A DNA stretch of 63,969 bases, filler included, from Eremomyces bilateralis CBS 781.70 (lineage: Eukaryota): the NCBI GenBank assembly GCA_010015585.1. It is 7 parts of 7 records of this genome, joined end to end, with 100 filler letters (N's around TTAATTAATTAA, not from the genome) between each part and the next. Parts side by side here need not be neighbours in the genome. Positions count along the whole stretch, not along the records: positions 28,875 to 38,498 come from ML975189.1; positions 38,599 to 52,352 come from ML975195.1; 5 more parts are not named here. One strand, 5' to 3'. The number at the start of each line of letters is the position of its first letter. Positions within the stretch are counted from its first letter, which is position 1. The notes under the pieces were generated by a model. The model had not been told where the DNA came from. It worked only from the letters and a program-made list of their open reading frames with translations, and did not search any database. This document shows, piece after piece, positions 35,855-49,255 of the stretch. Made by a program: the position numbers and the translations under genes.

Positions 35855-37794
35855 ATGTTGCTCAACATTCGAAACATCGCGAAGAAGGACTCTTCTTCGT
35901 TTCCGTACATTGTTGAACAAAATGTCAGCGTGCCACTGCGCACCTACGAAACTGGTCTGGTTCGTGTAAACATTTACCGGCCCCATGATTCGGATACCGG
36001 AAGCCAATATCCTGTTCTCGTCACATACGGCCCCTACGGCAAAGACGTTCATTATCGCAATTTCCGGAAGAGCTCATTCGATGAACTGGACCCTGAGTAT
36101 CAATCTGCTCATTCTGCATGGGAAGTTCCAGACCCGGTATGGTGGACTTCTCATGGCTATATACTGGTCCGGGCGGACGAGCGGGGAGTAGGACAAAGCC
36201 CCGGCATGATGGATACCATGAGCCAGGGCACAAGTGAGGCGTTCTTTGATGTTATCACTTGGACCACCGAACAACCATGGTCGACTGGGAAGGTTGGCCT
36301 CCTTGGAATCAGCTACTATGCGGGCACGCAATGGAGGGTTGCGGCAAGAAAACCCAAGGGGCTTGCAGCGATCGTCCCATGGGAAGGAATGTCGGACTAC
36401 TACCGCGATCGATGCCGTCATGGCGGAATTTATTCAAATGCATTCATTAGTGCGATTTCCCCTATTGCTGTATGTCAAGCACTAACGGATAGAAGGATTC
36501 TGGTGGAACCGCCAGGTCAAAGTCAACCAGTACGGGCGTGCCCGCCCAGAGGGCTCACTAGTCCCTGCAACGATTGAAGGGACTTTGAGCGAGGAGGAGT
36601 TGAACAAGAATCTACGGGATCAGACGGTGGACAACCGCATCAACAAGTTCATGGATGAGCCGTATTACGCAACGAGAGACTACAACATTGAGGATATTGA
36701 AGTTCCATTGCTGAGCGTTGCGAACTGGGTGAGTCGCTCCAAGCCTGTTCAAGGAGCGTACTAACTTCCATCAGGGTGGGAGTCTCCTTCATCTTCGTGG
36801 CAATGTTCAGGGGTACACACATGCCAGCTCCAAGTACAAATTTCTTCGCTTCATCACTGGTCGGCATGACCTGCCATTCTATCAGCGCGAAGAAGTTCTT
36901 TTGCAAAAGTCATTCCTGGACGCCTTTCTCAAGGGGGAGGACGATCGAGGGTGGACTCATGGAGAAGTGAATCCTGTATCGGTGATTCTCCGAGAGGGGG
37001 ATGTGGGATTCAATAATGCAGAGAAGGAGAAGCAGTTTCAAAGACGCGAGGAATCGGCATGGCCACTTCCACAAACTCGGTATACTAAATACTACTTACA
37101 CTCGGACAAAGCCATGACACTGGAACCCCCACCAACCGAAACCCAGAACACGTTGCAATGGAAGGCGATGGAAATGGCTCCACAACCTGCAAGACCACCG
37201 CAAGCTCGAGGCCCCCCTCCTGTGCGAGACTTCTCGAAGCAGCCCAGCTCCGGCATGTTGAAATTCACCACGGCACCGTTTCAAGAACGCACGGAGTTTA
37301 CCGGTCATGTTAGAGCACATCTTCACGTCCGCATTCCGCAACAACCCGGACAGACGCCTTCGGACATTGATCTTTTTGTCACAATCCGGCACCTAGATCC
37401 AAACGGTAAAGAAATCCACTACACAGGAACCGCTGGGGACCCCGTCCCAGTTACGAAAGGATGGCTACGCTGCTCGCTTCGCACAACCGACCCAAGTCAT
37501 CCTCACCATCGAGATTACTTACCGCACCGAAACTACCGTTCCACTGACGTGCAACCTCTGCAGGTTGGAGAAACGTACGCTGTGGATGTGGAGATTTGGC
37601 CCACCAACGTCGTGGTGAGTCCTGGAAACACTCTGGTCTTTGAGGTGGCGGGAGCAGACACCCAAGGCTGTGGCGTCTTTATGCATGATGACCCGACCGA
37701 TCGACCCGAGGAGGTTTTCAAGGGACTCAATGAGCTGGTTTTTGGGGAAGGCGACGGCAATTATGTCACACTCCCTCTCATTCCTCCAGCATGA
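35855..37794 (+). CDS. CocE/NonD family alpha/beta hydrolase (peptidase S15 with C-terminal domain; multi-exon)
   Basis: PVLVTYGPYGKD, WEVPDP, VRADERGVGQSPG, GISYYA nucleophile motif, PWEGMSDYYRD, TKGWLRCSLR, VEIWPTNVV. Confidence 0.92.
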
Positions 37795-38195
37795 TACGAG
37801 CCATTATGAAAGCCTAAATTTAGTTCACAACTCTGCAAAGCTCTAGTCTAGACGTTTTGTGATGCCAATTCGAGGCTACAGCACTGAAAGTGAAGGGTAG
37901 CTAGTGTCGTGAATGTTTCGATCGTCTGCGCTGGGACGAATTTGTCACTGGTTAGATATGGATATACATAGCAGCAACTTGTACATGCCCGTTAAATTCC
38001 ATGTTTCAATCGTAATGTTGACATGATAAATGTGGCCTAAGTCAACGGACCCACTTTCCATGCAACCCAGATTCCGTGCACCCCTTGAGATAATACGTAG
38101 ATACGTAGAGCGCTTTTGATCAATGAAATAAATTCAACAACACCATCTAATATTTTCAGGAGGCCTCGTATTAATGAAGAGGCTGACCAACAAGC

Positions 38196-38498
38196 TAGGG
38201 CTGGACACGAATATTCGATTACGAATATTCGTACGAATATTCGTAGTCGAATACGAATAAAATTTAGAATTTCCGCTTACTAATATTCGTACGAATAATA
38301 TTCGCATTATTCGTAATTATTCGTAATTATTCGTAAATCTCTGAAGCTATTTCCATGTATCTCGCAGCATCATAAGACGCCTCATAGTCTCTGCACTCAT
38401 TGAGCTCCTCCGCACTCCTAAGAGATCTCTTCCCCCACTGAACAGTCTTTCGACTGATACCCCAGATGCTGGTATAGCCAAATAATCTCTGGCAGCTG
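38196..38498. mobile_element. End of a hAT element of the same family as the 9425-9915 MITE (truncated by the contig end)
   Basis: Starts TAGGGCTGGACACGAATATTCG and matches the reverse complement of the MITE right end for about 170 bp, then diverges. Confidence 0.85.
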
Positions 38499-38704
38499 NN
38501 NNNNNNNNNNNNNNNNNNNNNNNNNNNNNNNNNNNNNNNNNNTTAATTAATTAANNNNNNNNNNNNNNNNNNNNNNNNNNNNNNNNNNNNNNNNNNNNGT
38601 TACTCCTCATCTTCCTCATCTTCCTAGAAGGGTTCACTATTATTAACTACTCGCTCGTTAATATCGTTATAGACTAGAACGTCGTCCTCGAGAACAATAT
38701 TCTC

Positions 38705-39740
38705 CTAATACCCTACCCTCCCATTTTCAAACCCACGGAGTTGTACACGAAGCTCATCATATCGCTGGTCAGAGATATAGATCCCGTGAGCTGCGTTTAC
38801 AAAATGCTCGAGCCCAAAGCGGTCACATTGACTACGCGTAATAGCAAAGTCGAGGAACTCGCCAAAGTTGCCACATAGATGGCGCGTGTAGACGTGATTA
38901 CGTCTAATCCAAGCTTTAAGGACCGACCAGACCATCTCGATGGGGTTATAGTCTGAGGAGTAGGGTGGCGTAAAACGTACAAGATGTCCTGCTTCCTCGA
39001 GAAGCCTTATAACATCCTCTGAAACATGCGTCGAACAGTTATCAAGTACGATAACGCGTGGACGAGGAGAGTCTCTAGCCAAAGACGGAAGCAGGACATC
39101 CCGTAGCCACTCAATCAAATGCTCTCGACTGTAGTAGCCTTGGCGTATACCATAGGCAATTAAGCCTCTGATCGTATACGCCCCGATAGCAGCCCAAGTC
39201 TTTCCCCGATGCATGTTCCTAAAACCGCGGGATTCATGCCCAATGGGCGAATAATAACGGTATCTCCAGCCCGTCTTCTCATTGAAGATCGACTCGTTAA
39301 GAAAGACTATATCATCGGCGTCAAACTGACGAAGCTCCGCTTAATACGCTTCCCGCATCTCTTGTGACCGATTCCGCGAGATCCACCTCATTCTTTTTCG
39401 TGACCAGCGTCTCCGCTTAATCACGCGGCATACCGTAGACTCGCTAACGTGTACGCCTCTTTCCATATCCAACCAGAATACAAGTTCATTAAGATATAGC
39501 CACCCTTCCTGGAGTAGTTTCTCGAAGAGCGCGTCTTCGTCTACTTGCGACAATAAACAAGGACGGCCCCGTTTCCGGCGGTATAGGGCACGAAGAGAGC
39601 TATATCGAACAAGATATACACGATAGCGGTAGATAGTAGAAACTCCTAGGCCAGTTTCCGCTGTAATAGCTTGTGGTGACCAACCTAGGAGGAAATATCT
39701 AATGCATTGAGCGCGTTTCGTCAGCTATATATCATCTTTC
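38705..39740 (-). mobile_element. Tc1/mariner (IS630-like DDE) transposase relic
   Basis: HTH region (VSESTVCRVIKRRRWSRK), VIVLDNCSTH, PPYSSDYNPIEMVWSVLKAWIRR; internal stops. Confidence 0.85.
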
Positions 39741-40007
39741 ACTTGAGTCTTGACCCGATCTGGGGCCGGTCTCGACACCGGGAACTCAAGAGGACGGGGA
39801 CTTACGCAAGCACTTGAACAATTCAAAAAAACACACGGGCTGGTGACCAAAGCTTCGTTAGCCTTCATGGCTCCTCAGTCTTCGACAATCTTAATTATGT
39901 ATTAGGATACCTCATGGACTCTTCCATATTGATGGGATTTGTATGACGGTCTCCTGTTTCTGATGTCTCGTCCGTATAGCATAATGGAGTCGATTTTTCC
40001 AGTCCCG

Positions 40008-41413
40008 ATGCGTCTAAAGCAATTGCTAGTCGTATATTCTCTTGTCCTTATTGCATGTGCTATTCAAGTCCCTCTGCTGAACCGCGAGTCAGTTAACCGG
40101 AACCCCTTCACTGAACGTTTCGATCATTTCGTGCAGGAGACGCTTGACGTCTTCCATATGCCGGCTGTGTCCATTGCGGTCATTGATGGCAACGATACTT
40201 TCTCCCAATTTTATGGCATGGCCGAATTTACTAGCAGGAGCTGTACACCGGAGACGCTTTTCTATACCAGACCCACGACTGAATCCTTCGTTGCGGCGTC
40301 CATCATGAAGGTGATAGAAGATACGGCAGATACGTCGGATCCCATCAATCTCTCGACGAGGATATCTAGCCTGATCAGAGATGATTTCGTGCTTCAGGAC
40401 GAGTATGCCGCCTTCATGTTACCCTCGAGGATGCTCTATCCCATAAAACGGGCATGCCACGGCACGACCTGAGCTACGGGGGTCCGAACTGGACTGTGCG
40501 AGACATTGTTCGGCACATGCGACACCTTCCGCTGACTGCGGAGATCCGGGCGAAGTGGCAGTACTGCAACATGATGTTCATCACGCTTTCCCACGTCGTG
40601 GAAACCGTGACGAACATGTGGCTCCGCGCCATGTCCGAAATGGACCCTAGAGTGCTGTCAGAAGAAAGCTATACCGCCCTAAGGACCCCGAGAATGGTTG
40701 CCGCGCCGGACAATGGCATATTCAAGGCTCAACTTTACTCCTTAGGATAGTTCATCACCATCTTCGAGGGCCTTGAAGTGTTCAGCCACAATGGGCTCGT
40801 CACAGGTTTCTCGACAACCATGATATATATCCCCGAGCTGTCTTGGGGTGCCGCTCTCATGTCGAATGGAGATCGCTTCGAGTCATTCGGACAAGACAGG
40901 ATTGTGTACACCATGATCTATGATTTACTAGGTGTCCCGGCAAGTAAAAGAGTGGACTGGATCGCTCGAGCCAACAAGAGCATACAAGGGGCGAAAGATG
41001 CATGGAACAACTCCAAATCACACCTCTTCCCGAATGCACCGCAAGGAGATCGGAGGATTCCCCTACCCTTACCTCTAGCCTCCTACTCCGGAACGTACCG
41101 CAACGCAGGCTACCAGAACATCACGTTGCAAATCCGTGACCGACCGAGCTGGCTCGATGCCGTCGACGAGAAAATCCTCGTAGCGAACATCACGGACCGG
41201 ACCTGGGCACATTCCCTCTCCTTTGAACACATCGGCGCGGAACATTTCCTGGTCTGGGCCGTCGCCGGGAGCATGACACCCTGTGCGACGCTGGAAAAAC
41301 TGGGGATAAAGGGGGGATTCAAGGTGTCCGCGGCGGGAAAGGTTTCACATTTGGGCCTGGCGTATGAGCCGCCGGTGGGAGGTGAATTTATATGGTTTGA
41401 GAAGCTAGCGTAA
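40008..41413 (+). pseudogene. Secreted beta-lactamase-family serine hydrolase pseudogene
   Basis: Signal peptide, PAVSIAVIDG, LSHKTGMPRHD, WQYCNMMF, HNGLVTGF, YSGTYRNAGY. The SxxK motif is degenerate (RPTTESF), with a frameshift near 40410, a TAG at 40748 and an apparent internal deletion. Confidence 0.82.
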
Positions 41414-41543
41414 GAGTAGAGAAAATATAACATCGGGAGAAACATACGCTTTGAGACACTAATGCAAAATACCCAATGCAATTCGACAAGCCAATATCCC
41501 CTTAGCTACGTGACATTTGGCAACGAGTGGTCTATCCCCAACC

Positions 41544-41966
41544 CTAACCACCATACTGCCCCCCCCCTTCCTTCGGCGCATCTCCCGACTTACTCGGCCC
41601 CGTATCACTCTCCCCCGCCGCCCTCGCGCTATCCTCCTTCAAAATCCACCTCTTCTGACTATCGCTCAGCTCCTTATTCCCTGGACTCACATCCAACTCG
41701 TCCTTATTTCGGCCGGTCCCGTTCTTCCGCTTGATCTCCGACTCGGGGGAGGTATCCGAGGGGTCGAAGGCCTCGGCCGTGTGTGCGGCTTCGTCGTCGG
41801 TGCCGGAACCGGTGTATTCGGTCGAGTGGGGTTTGAGAGTAGTGCGGTCTTGGTCGTCTTTGTAGGAGAGGCGTAGCGGGGCGGGGTGGAATGGGCGGGT
41901 GTGGGAGGATGGAGGGGGGTGGATGGCGTTGCGGGAAAGGAGAAGGCGTCGAGATAATCGTAACAT
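41544..41966 (-). CDS. Small hydrophilic hypothetical protein with a mitochondrial-presequence-like N-terminus
   Basis: MLRLSRRLLLSR...; conserved-looking YKDDQDRTTLKPHSTEYTGSGTDD...AFDPSDTSPESE...LDVSPGN. Confidence 0.75.
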   Translation of the reverse strand: MLRLSRRLLLSRNAIHPPPSSHTRPFHPAPLRLSYKDDQDRTTLKPHSTEYTGSGTDDEAAHTAEAFDPSDTSPESEIKRKNGTGRNKDELDVSPGNKELSDSQKRWILKEDSARAAGESDTGPSKSGDAPKEGGGQYGG

Positions 41967-42942
41967 GATGGCTATTAACGGCTGGAGGTGGGATTTGAAT
42001 GCGAGATAGGTCGCGATACGTTCGTGAGATTACGTTGGACTGATGGAATTGACCTCGATTGATGTCCGAGAAAACGCAATTATAGGATTAAATGTATGAT
42101 TAACATGTATCGCGACAGGATGCTTATTGTACAAAGTGGAAGAGGTTGGATTTCCGTTGAAGTCACTGATCGTCGCAATACATCCATACCTGCAACAGTG
42201 GTGATGACGTCAATATTGCGAAAAAGATTCGAAGCCCTATCCGCTTCGTTGGACGAATAAAACGAAAACACTCGTGCTGCTCGAATATTCCCCTACACTC
42301 TCAAGTGTACATTTTTGTGAGATTCCAATTGCATTGTCCTTTATCGGTAAGTTCAGGATAAACGGTAATAGAATATACTAAGCCGATAGGATGGCGATGG
42401 AGGACTTGCTTCTAGCTCCTCTACCCAGTAGTCAGGGCAAGGTGTACAGAGCAGCTTCGACCCTTCATCCCGGAGTCTATTCGTTTTAAACAATATCATC
42501 AGAGACCGGGCCATTGATATGGCCGAAGGTGCAACGCAAAGTTTGGCACTGGATGCTGTGTGCAGTGCTGCCAGTACATCATCCAGTCGATATCAAAATG
42601 AAGATGCGCGAAGCTCTGCTCGGATCGGATCCTGGATCGATTCCAAGGCACCAAGGCACCAAGGGATTTTGCAGGGGTTGGATATGACGCTATTCCATGT
42701 TGGGATTAGCTTTGTTTACATCAACAGCCATCACCATACCTCCGCCTGCAATTGGGCTTTCCTCACGCTTCATTACTCTCACTTCATACTTCATACTCGC
42801 CTCTTGTCTCTTGATATCATGGCGTAGACTCTATCACCGTTCATCTGTATTGTCTCTACTCGTCCCTGCCACCTTGTCGTTCAATTTCTATTGGAGCATC
42901 ACTTGTAGTTGATTGGGACTGGTTTCCATCGCAGTGACCTCG

Positions 42943-45900
42943 ATGATGGCGCCCACTCCTCACCGACCCAACAATTCTCATCTTGTCCGTGAGCTCTCGC
43001 GGAGTTTGGAGAAGACTCGAGGACCGAATCGCGCGCCTCTCGCTACCGTGTCCCCTTCAAAACTCAATGAACGTGACCAGCCCGAACATTTGGAAATATC
43101 CTCAACGACAAGCGGGAGCTTACCCACAGACAGCGATGGCATTATCTATTCGACGCGTGTAATGGATAATGACACGAATTATCTACCCGCCTATCACACT
43201 ACTGCGAAGCGGTTCGGTCGTCAGACCTCACCTGTATCCCAGCGGAGCACCGCCCGACAAGAAGACTATGATGAGGACCACAACAACATGACAGATGATG
43301 GGGATGAATCTGTAGAGATTGCCCGTGGTCTCAAACCTCGGAATTCATATACTCCAAGCAGACTAAACCAGAACCACATGATGTCTCCAAATCCCCCTTG
43401 GTCTGGAAATGACAGAGACTTCGAAGTCACAACTCCTCCTCTAGCTGCCTCCAGGTCCGGTCCTCGTAAAGCGGAGGCTTCCGAAAATGCACGCCGACAG
43501 GAGCGGCTGTCACGGCGCGTATCCGCGACTCGTCCTCGGATGACTGAGAAGGACAACAAAGCGGCATTTCGAAAAGCCCGGACGACTTCGTATGCCGATG
43601 CAGAGGCTAAGGTCCAAGCTGCCCATCCCGAGACCTCGTACATTTCCGATCCTCCTACTGCAACTTTAAATGTACGAGGATCGCGCTTCACAAGCGTGCG
43701 ACCGAAACACACAATTTCAGATCCATCGGTGCCTACTCGCTTCACTGCCCGTCGTGGCCTCACGACTAAAGCAGACACAGAACATGCACCGAGGCATGCG
43801 CCCCAAGATGGGAGGACCGCGACCCTGACGCAAGGCCACGTGGATTCGTTTGCTCTCCCTGACGAAGCACTTCACACGGACGTGATCTCGGTCGATTACC
43901 ACGACGAATCACCGCGAGTCCCAGCAACTCGCCCGTTGTTCGTACGGACCGGCGCCATCAACTCGAAAAGCAATCTTGGTAGGATGAACAAGAACAGGTT
44001 GTCTGCCGCGGAGTATCCTAGCTTGGAGGGTATCCCACTGCCGGCTGAAGAAAGGATGCTCATCTCGGCCCTGGAATCTTTGAAAGATCGCATCGCACTG
44101 CTCGAGCGGGATAAAAGCGAGTTGGAGCACAGAGTGCGCCAGAAAGATGGGGAGTTGATCAATATAGAAGCTCAAATGCAGGGGCTGAGGCGCAATGGTC
44201 GGGACAGTGCGCTTGGAAGCGAAGACGAAATGAACGGAAGCCCTAAAGGGTGGAAAGCTGAGAAATTCCGTACGTTCTTGCCGTGCACCAGGATTTATCA
44301 ATCTAGCTAATCCATGTGAATAGGATTAGAATCCCAAGTTCAGACTTTGCAAGGACGCGTCGACAGAGCCGAACGAGAGGCCTCGCTAGCCCGCATCACT
44401 ACGAAGCGGGTTACGGACGACCGTGATAACATTGCTGTGCAGCTTGACCTGTCATACCGAGAATGCGAAACATTGCGTGAAGAGAACATGAGATTGCACG
44501 ATGAGCTCGTAGCGACCAAGGACATGAATGGTCATGCTCCGCATTCCCATGAATCCGACGTTCGGGTTGATGCCGAGAACGAACGACCAACTCATTCTCT
44601 TCACCGAAAGGAGACTACGAAACTCCACAAGGAGAACCTTGAGCTGCGTCGGAAACTAGAAGACGGGAAGGCAAATCGAGACCAAGAGTTTAAACGCTGG
44701 CAAGGGAAGCAGCGAGACATGGCCTCCCGGATCGAGCGTCGGGATGAAACGATTAGGTCCTTGCAAGTTGAACCCGGTGCATCTAGCAACATCAATACTC
44801 GCTTGATGCAGGAGAACGACGATCTTCGAAACGAACTACTGAAACTGCGAGCCCAACATGCAGAGAGCAAGGAGATGCGAAAGGCGCGTGAAGAGCGGCT
44901 GAGGCGGGAGATGGATGCTGCAAGACAAGCTAACGAAGAAGAAACACAGAAATGGGGTCAAAAAGAACGACTGGTGGTTTCCGAGATGAAGAGAAGGGAG
45001 GAGTTCATTAAGGAGTATCGAGATCTCCCAGGCGGATCCGCCCCGGCCCAACATTCACGGACTTTAGCACCCACGAAGCGCATGGAAGTCGATGACAGCC
45101 ACAATGAGATCAGCGACGCAGAGTCAACCACGGACATCGGTCTCCTGCGCAACAAAGCGGGATCCACGCCTTTCGCACGCAAGCGGGCAATGATCCTGGA
45201 GGAGACGGAGGAAGTTGACCCTGACAATCTCACCGAGCTGAGTTCCGTGGCCCCTTCAACCGTCGCCGAAATTCGCAGGTCCGTGGAGCAGGATCATATA
45301 GCACGCCGAAATGAACGCATCAATGCTAGGACCCAGGGAAGCTCGGTTACTACCCGTGCGACCTCCGAGCCCCTTGAATCCGGGCCGTCAAATACGCGTC
45401 TCAAATCCGCTTTGAAAGCTGCCTCAAATATTGGTGTCGAACCTACTACAAGATCCTCCTCGGGTAATCATGAGCGCTCCACGTCCAAGACCGATGGAAA
45501 ACGATATCGTTACTCCACAGGGAACACGGATGCCATAACATCCGCATTCATTCTTCCTGATATCACCCTCGACTCCCGGGCCAGACCCAGCCTAAACAAA
45601 GCATCTCAGGACATCATCGGTGCTCTTTCTTCCCACGACACAGCGTCATGCCCAACATGTCGGCGCCTCCTGATCTCCATCGGTATCGGTGGCCACACCG
45701 CTAAGCAAGTCGAAAAGACCAACGTCCCCGAAGAAGGCGACAGCACCATGCGTCCCGCCGAAGAGCCCGGCTCCGCCCTCGCCGGCGTAATCCACGAGCT
45801 CGAAGAAGAAATCCACCACCTCAAGTTCCTCCTCCGCGACGCAGACATGGACTTCCTCTCCTGCGACCCCGCGTGCAAGCGACGGTTCCGCAAAAATTCA

Positions 45901-46152
45901 AAAGCCCGGCAGGATGTCATCGCGTCGGAGATCGATCGGCGGAGCGACTGGGTGTATCGTTTGTACGATGCGCAGGAAGGCCTCGGGCGGAATGACGGCC
46001 ACGAGCAGACGGACGAGACCGAGGAGATCATTAGTGAGGTGCGAGAGCGGAATGTCAAGCCGGTGGGGAAGCACGTTACGATTGAAGAGGCGCTAGATGA
46101 GGATCTGGGCGATTTCGAGCGGGACGAGTTCGAGCTCGATGGGTTCGATTAG
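42943..46152 (+). CDS. Spindle-pole-body coiled-coil protein, Ppc89/Cep57-like (2 exons)
   Basis: Long coiled coils, TSAFILPDIT, HDTASCPTC and the C-terminal TMRPAEEPGSALAGVIHELEEEIHHLK...YRLYD resembling the Cep57 microtubule-binding domain; intron near 44270-44322. Confidence 0.8.
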
Positions 46153-46740
46153 AGAAATCCGTTGCGGCTAGGCGGTTTGTTTACAGCAGGGAAATTGGGT
46201 TGCGGTGTTAAATCGATGCATTGGAAGGGCACTGGGGTGCTCACAGGAACCTTGGCTTGTTACTCATTATTATGCGTTCTTGGGCATGGAACTGCGGTTG
46301 CATTTGTCTTTTCGTTTCCGGGAATGGTTTGGAATTTTCACATTTGCTTTTGTCTTAGCCGTGTCCATGGCGACACTGCCTACCTACCGTGTTCTCAGTG
46401 GACTTTGACTCCTCACTTCCGGTCTTTGTTGGTTGAGTTCGGGCGGATCTTTGACTCCCGTCCTAGGTCGAGTTGGATTTGTCCGTTGACTCCTGCAAGG
46501 GCTGGTATCGATTTGGGTTGAGTTGGTCTTGGCGGTTGACTGTGTCCTCCAATTTCTATATGTCTTGTAAGGCTCCTCAAAAGCATGATACTGGATAGAA
46601 GGCACAGCTTGTTTAGTTTAGATGAACCAATGATGACTTTCGCTATTCGTAACACCATCTCGGTTCTGTGTATATTCATGTATCATCCACCGATATCTAC
46701 CACTTAATCCAACGGAGGCATAAGCGGGAGCAAAGCCATG

Positions 46741-48798
46741 TCACCTAACGCTTTCCGATTTGCTCTCCCCATCATCGTCCCCCTCCAACCAAATCTCCCG
46801 CCCCGATCCCTCTTTCACAAACAGCCCCACACACGCCCCAACCATCGCCACCCCCATCAGCACCCAAAACGCCAACCCCACCTTCCCGATATCCAACCCT
46901 AGCCCCAACAACAACCCTCCCACGATCGGCCCTATCGTCCTCGTCGCACTGCTCACCGACTGCGCGACCCCATGCAAAGTCCCCAGCACCGACGGATGCG
47001 GACAGCTATTATTCACCAGGATGACTCCCCCGGGCAGCGCGAACGTCCGCGCCATCACCTGCACGATCAGCACTGCGACGATACCTGCCCAGATGGCAAT
47101 TCCGCTGGCCGCATTCGGTGGAGACGTGGTGCTGGGGATCAGCGCGAGGTACGGCGTGACGAGGTACGCCAGCGGGAAGAGGAAGAGCGATCCGCGGTAA
47201 GTGCGGACGGTACCCCACGTCCCGCTCAGATAGGGGTAGAGCGACACCTGCAGCACGATGCCGATGAATCCCAGAATCGACAGGGCAAGGCCGATCTTCG
47301 CGGGGGGGAGGCCCAGGCCGCCGGTGAAGTTGACGGGGAAACGCTGAGCGGTGTGGGAGGGGGGGGAGGGATGGGCGGGGTCCCAGCGCGAGGTGGAGAG
47401 GAAGACGAACCAGAGGTTGCTGAAGGTGCCGACGTGCATGGCCATGATCCCGTGGGAGATCAGGGTGGTTATGACGTTGCGGGTCCAGATTCGGGAGAAG
47501 GGGAGACGTTGTTTGGAGGGGGGTTTGGATGTCACGCCGGGGCCTTGGTCGGGGTGAGATGATGAATTATTCTGGAGCTCCACATCCTCGATTTCGTAGG
47601 CGTCGGATATAAAACTGGAGGTGTTTGGCAGGGAGCTATACTGATGCTCTGCCCTGCCGAGTCGGCAAGTGATCACCCGCTTTAGGAATCTACCGAAATG
47701 AAGGCCTCTGTCGCGCTTCTGTCGACGCACCTCGTGTGTCTATCCAAGTTAGAGGCTGTCGCTGGCGAAAGAGGACGGATCATACTCACTTCTTCAAGGC
47801 CCAAGATGACGCAAAGGACAGCGGTGAAGAGGAACATAGCACTAACGATGTTCGGTAACGCATAAGGCCATGTTCTCATCCACCCTACGCCATCCGTACC
47901 CCCGAACCGCGAGTTGGGACCAAACAACTGGGGATACGAATTGATAGGGTCGGCAAGGAGGCCACCTAGAACAGGGCCGATGATCACCTACAACCGTCAG
48001 TCCAACGCACAGGATCAAACCCGAGAAGCGAGTGTCACTTACCCCAATGTTGAAGGTCATCGGCAAGATCATAAACGCCCTCGACTGATACCGCCGCTCC
48101 TTAATTATCTCCGAGATCATCGTCCGCATGACCCCAACATTCCCATTCAACGCCCCCCCCACCAACCGAAACGCAACCGCCGTCGCAAAATGCCTACTAA
48201 ACCCAAACCCCAGCGCGCTAATCGACGTGCCTAACAGCCCGATCATGATGACGTTCTTCCTCCCCATATACTCGCTATCCGCAGCGCGCCCCCATGCGAT
48301 CGCGGTGAGGAACTGCGCGGCGGTGAACGCGCTTTGCATCATGCCGGCCTGCGCGGAGATCGCGCTGTCCGGCAGGGAGGGGTCGAAGGACTTGAGCTGG
48401 TAGAACATGTAGGATTGGAGAGACGATTGGGTGAGGGGTTCGGAGAGCCGGGTGAGGGTGAGGAGGAGGAGTTGGTCTTTTCGCGGGAGGGCGCGCCATG
48501 TTACCTTGGGCTCCTTTGCATCGCTGGGCCGCATGAGGGGTTCTTCCGATGCTATTGCTGGTAGTTCCTGTGGTGGGAGCAGGCCATTGGTGCTAGCGAA
48601 ATGCCTATCATTCTCTGAATTCCTAGAGTCGTGATGAGACCGAGTTGATGGGTGTGATGCCGCGACTGGGTCGTATTCACCATCCGAAAAGGACGCAATG
48701 CTGGGGACGTCCTCCTCGTCACCCAACAGATGGTCTAAAGAAGCTCTCTCAACCGCTCCCAGCGGCTGAGAAGCCAAGGATCCATGTCTTATGGTCAT
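46741..48798 (-). CDS. MFS transporter (YCR023C/ZIFL-like, 3 exons)
   Basis: LTRLSEPLTQSSLQSYMFYQL, WGRAADSEYMGRK, GALNGNVGVMRTMISE, IIGPVLGG, LGTLHGVAQSVSS. Confidence 0.92.
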
Positions 48799-49255
48799 GC
48801 AGATGAGCGAAGGTGGAGAGAGAAATGAGGCCCTGCTAACAGAACTAATGGTATTCCGTAGATGCTATTGAATAACAATGACCAGATATCAAAGGAAAAG
48901 AGCCAAGACTTAAATGCGCAGACGGACAATGATTATATTAATAGTAGTAATCCCAACAACCAGCCGATTTTTCTTCAATTTTGCCTTGCGAGTTGCGGCG
49001 GAACTGAGCACGAAATATTACGAACAGGCTGGTCTGCCGTAGTTACAGCCTTCTGCATGTTAGTGTGGGGGATGCAAGGGTGGTTGAGGGGTGGATTGCG
49101 CCGAACATCCGATTCGAACTTATGTCCATGTGGCTTCGAATGCCTTGCTTACTAGGTATTAGTAGGTATGATACCGAATAGCTTCTGTTGGGAACATACA
49201 TACACATTTAAAATAGGCCTGTGGTGCATAAAGGCAACCTTTCTGCCCCAAATCA

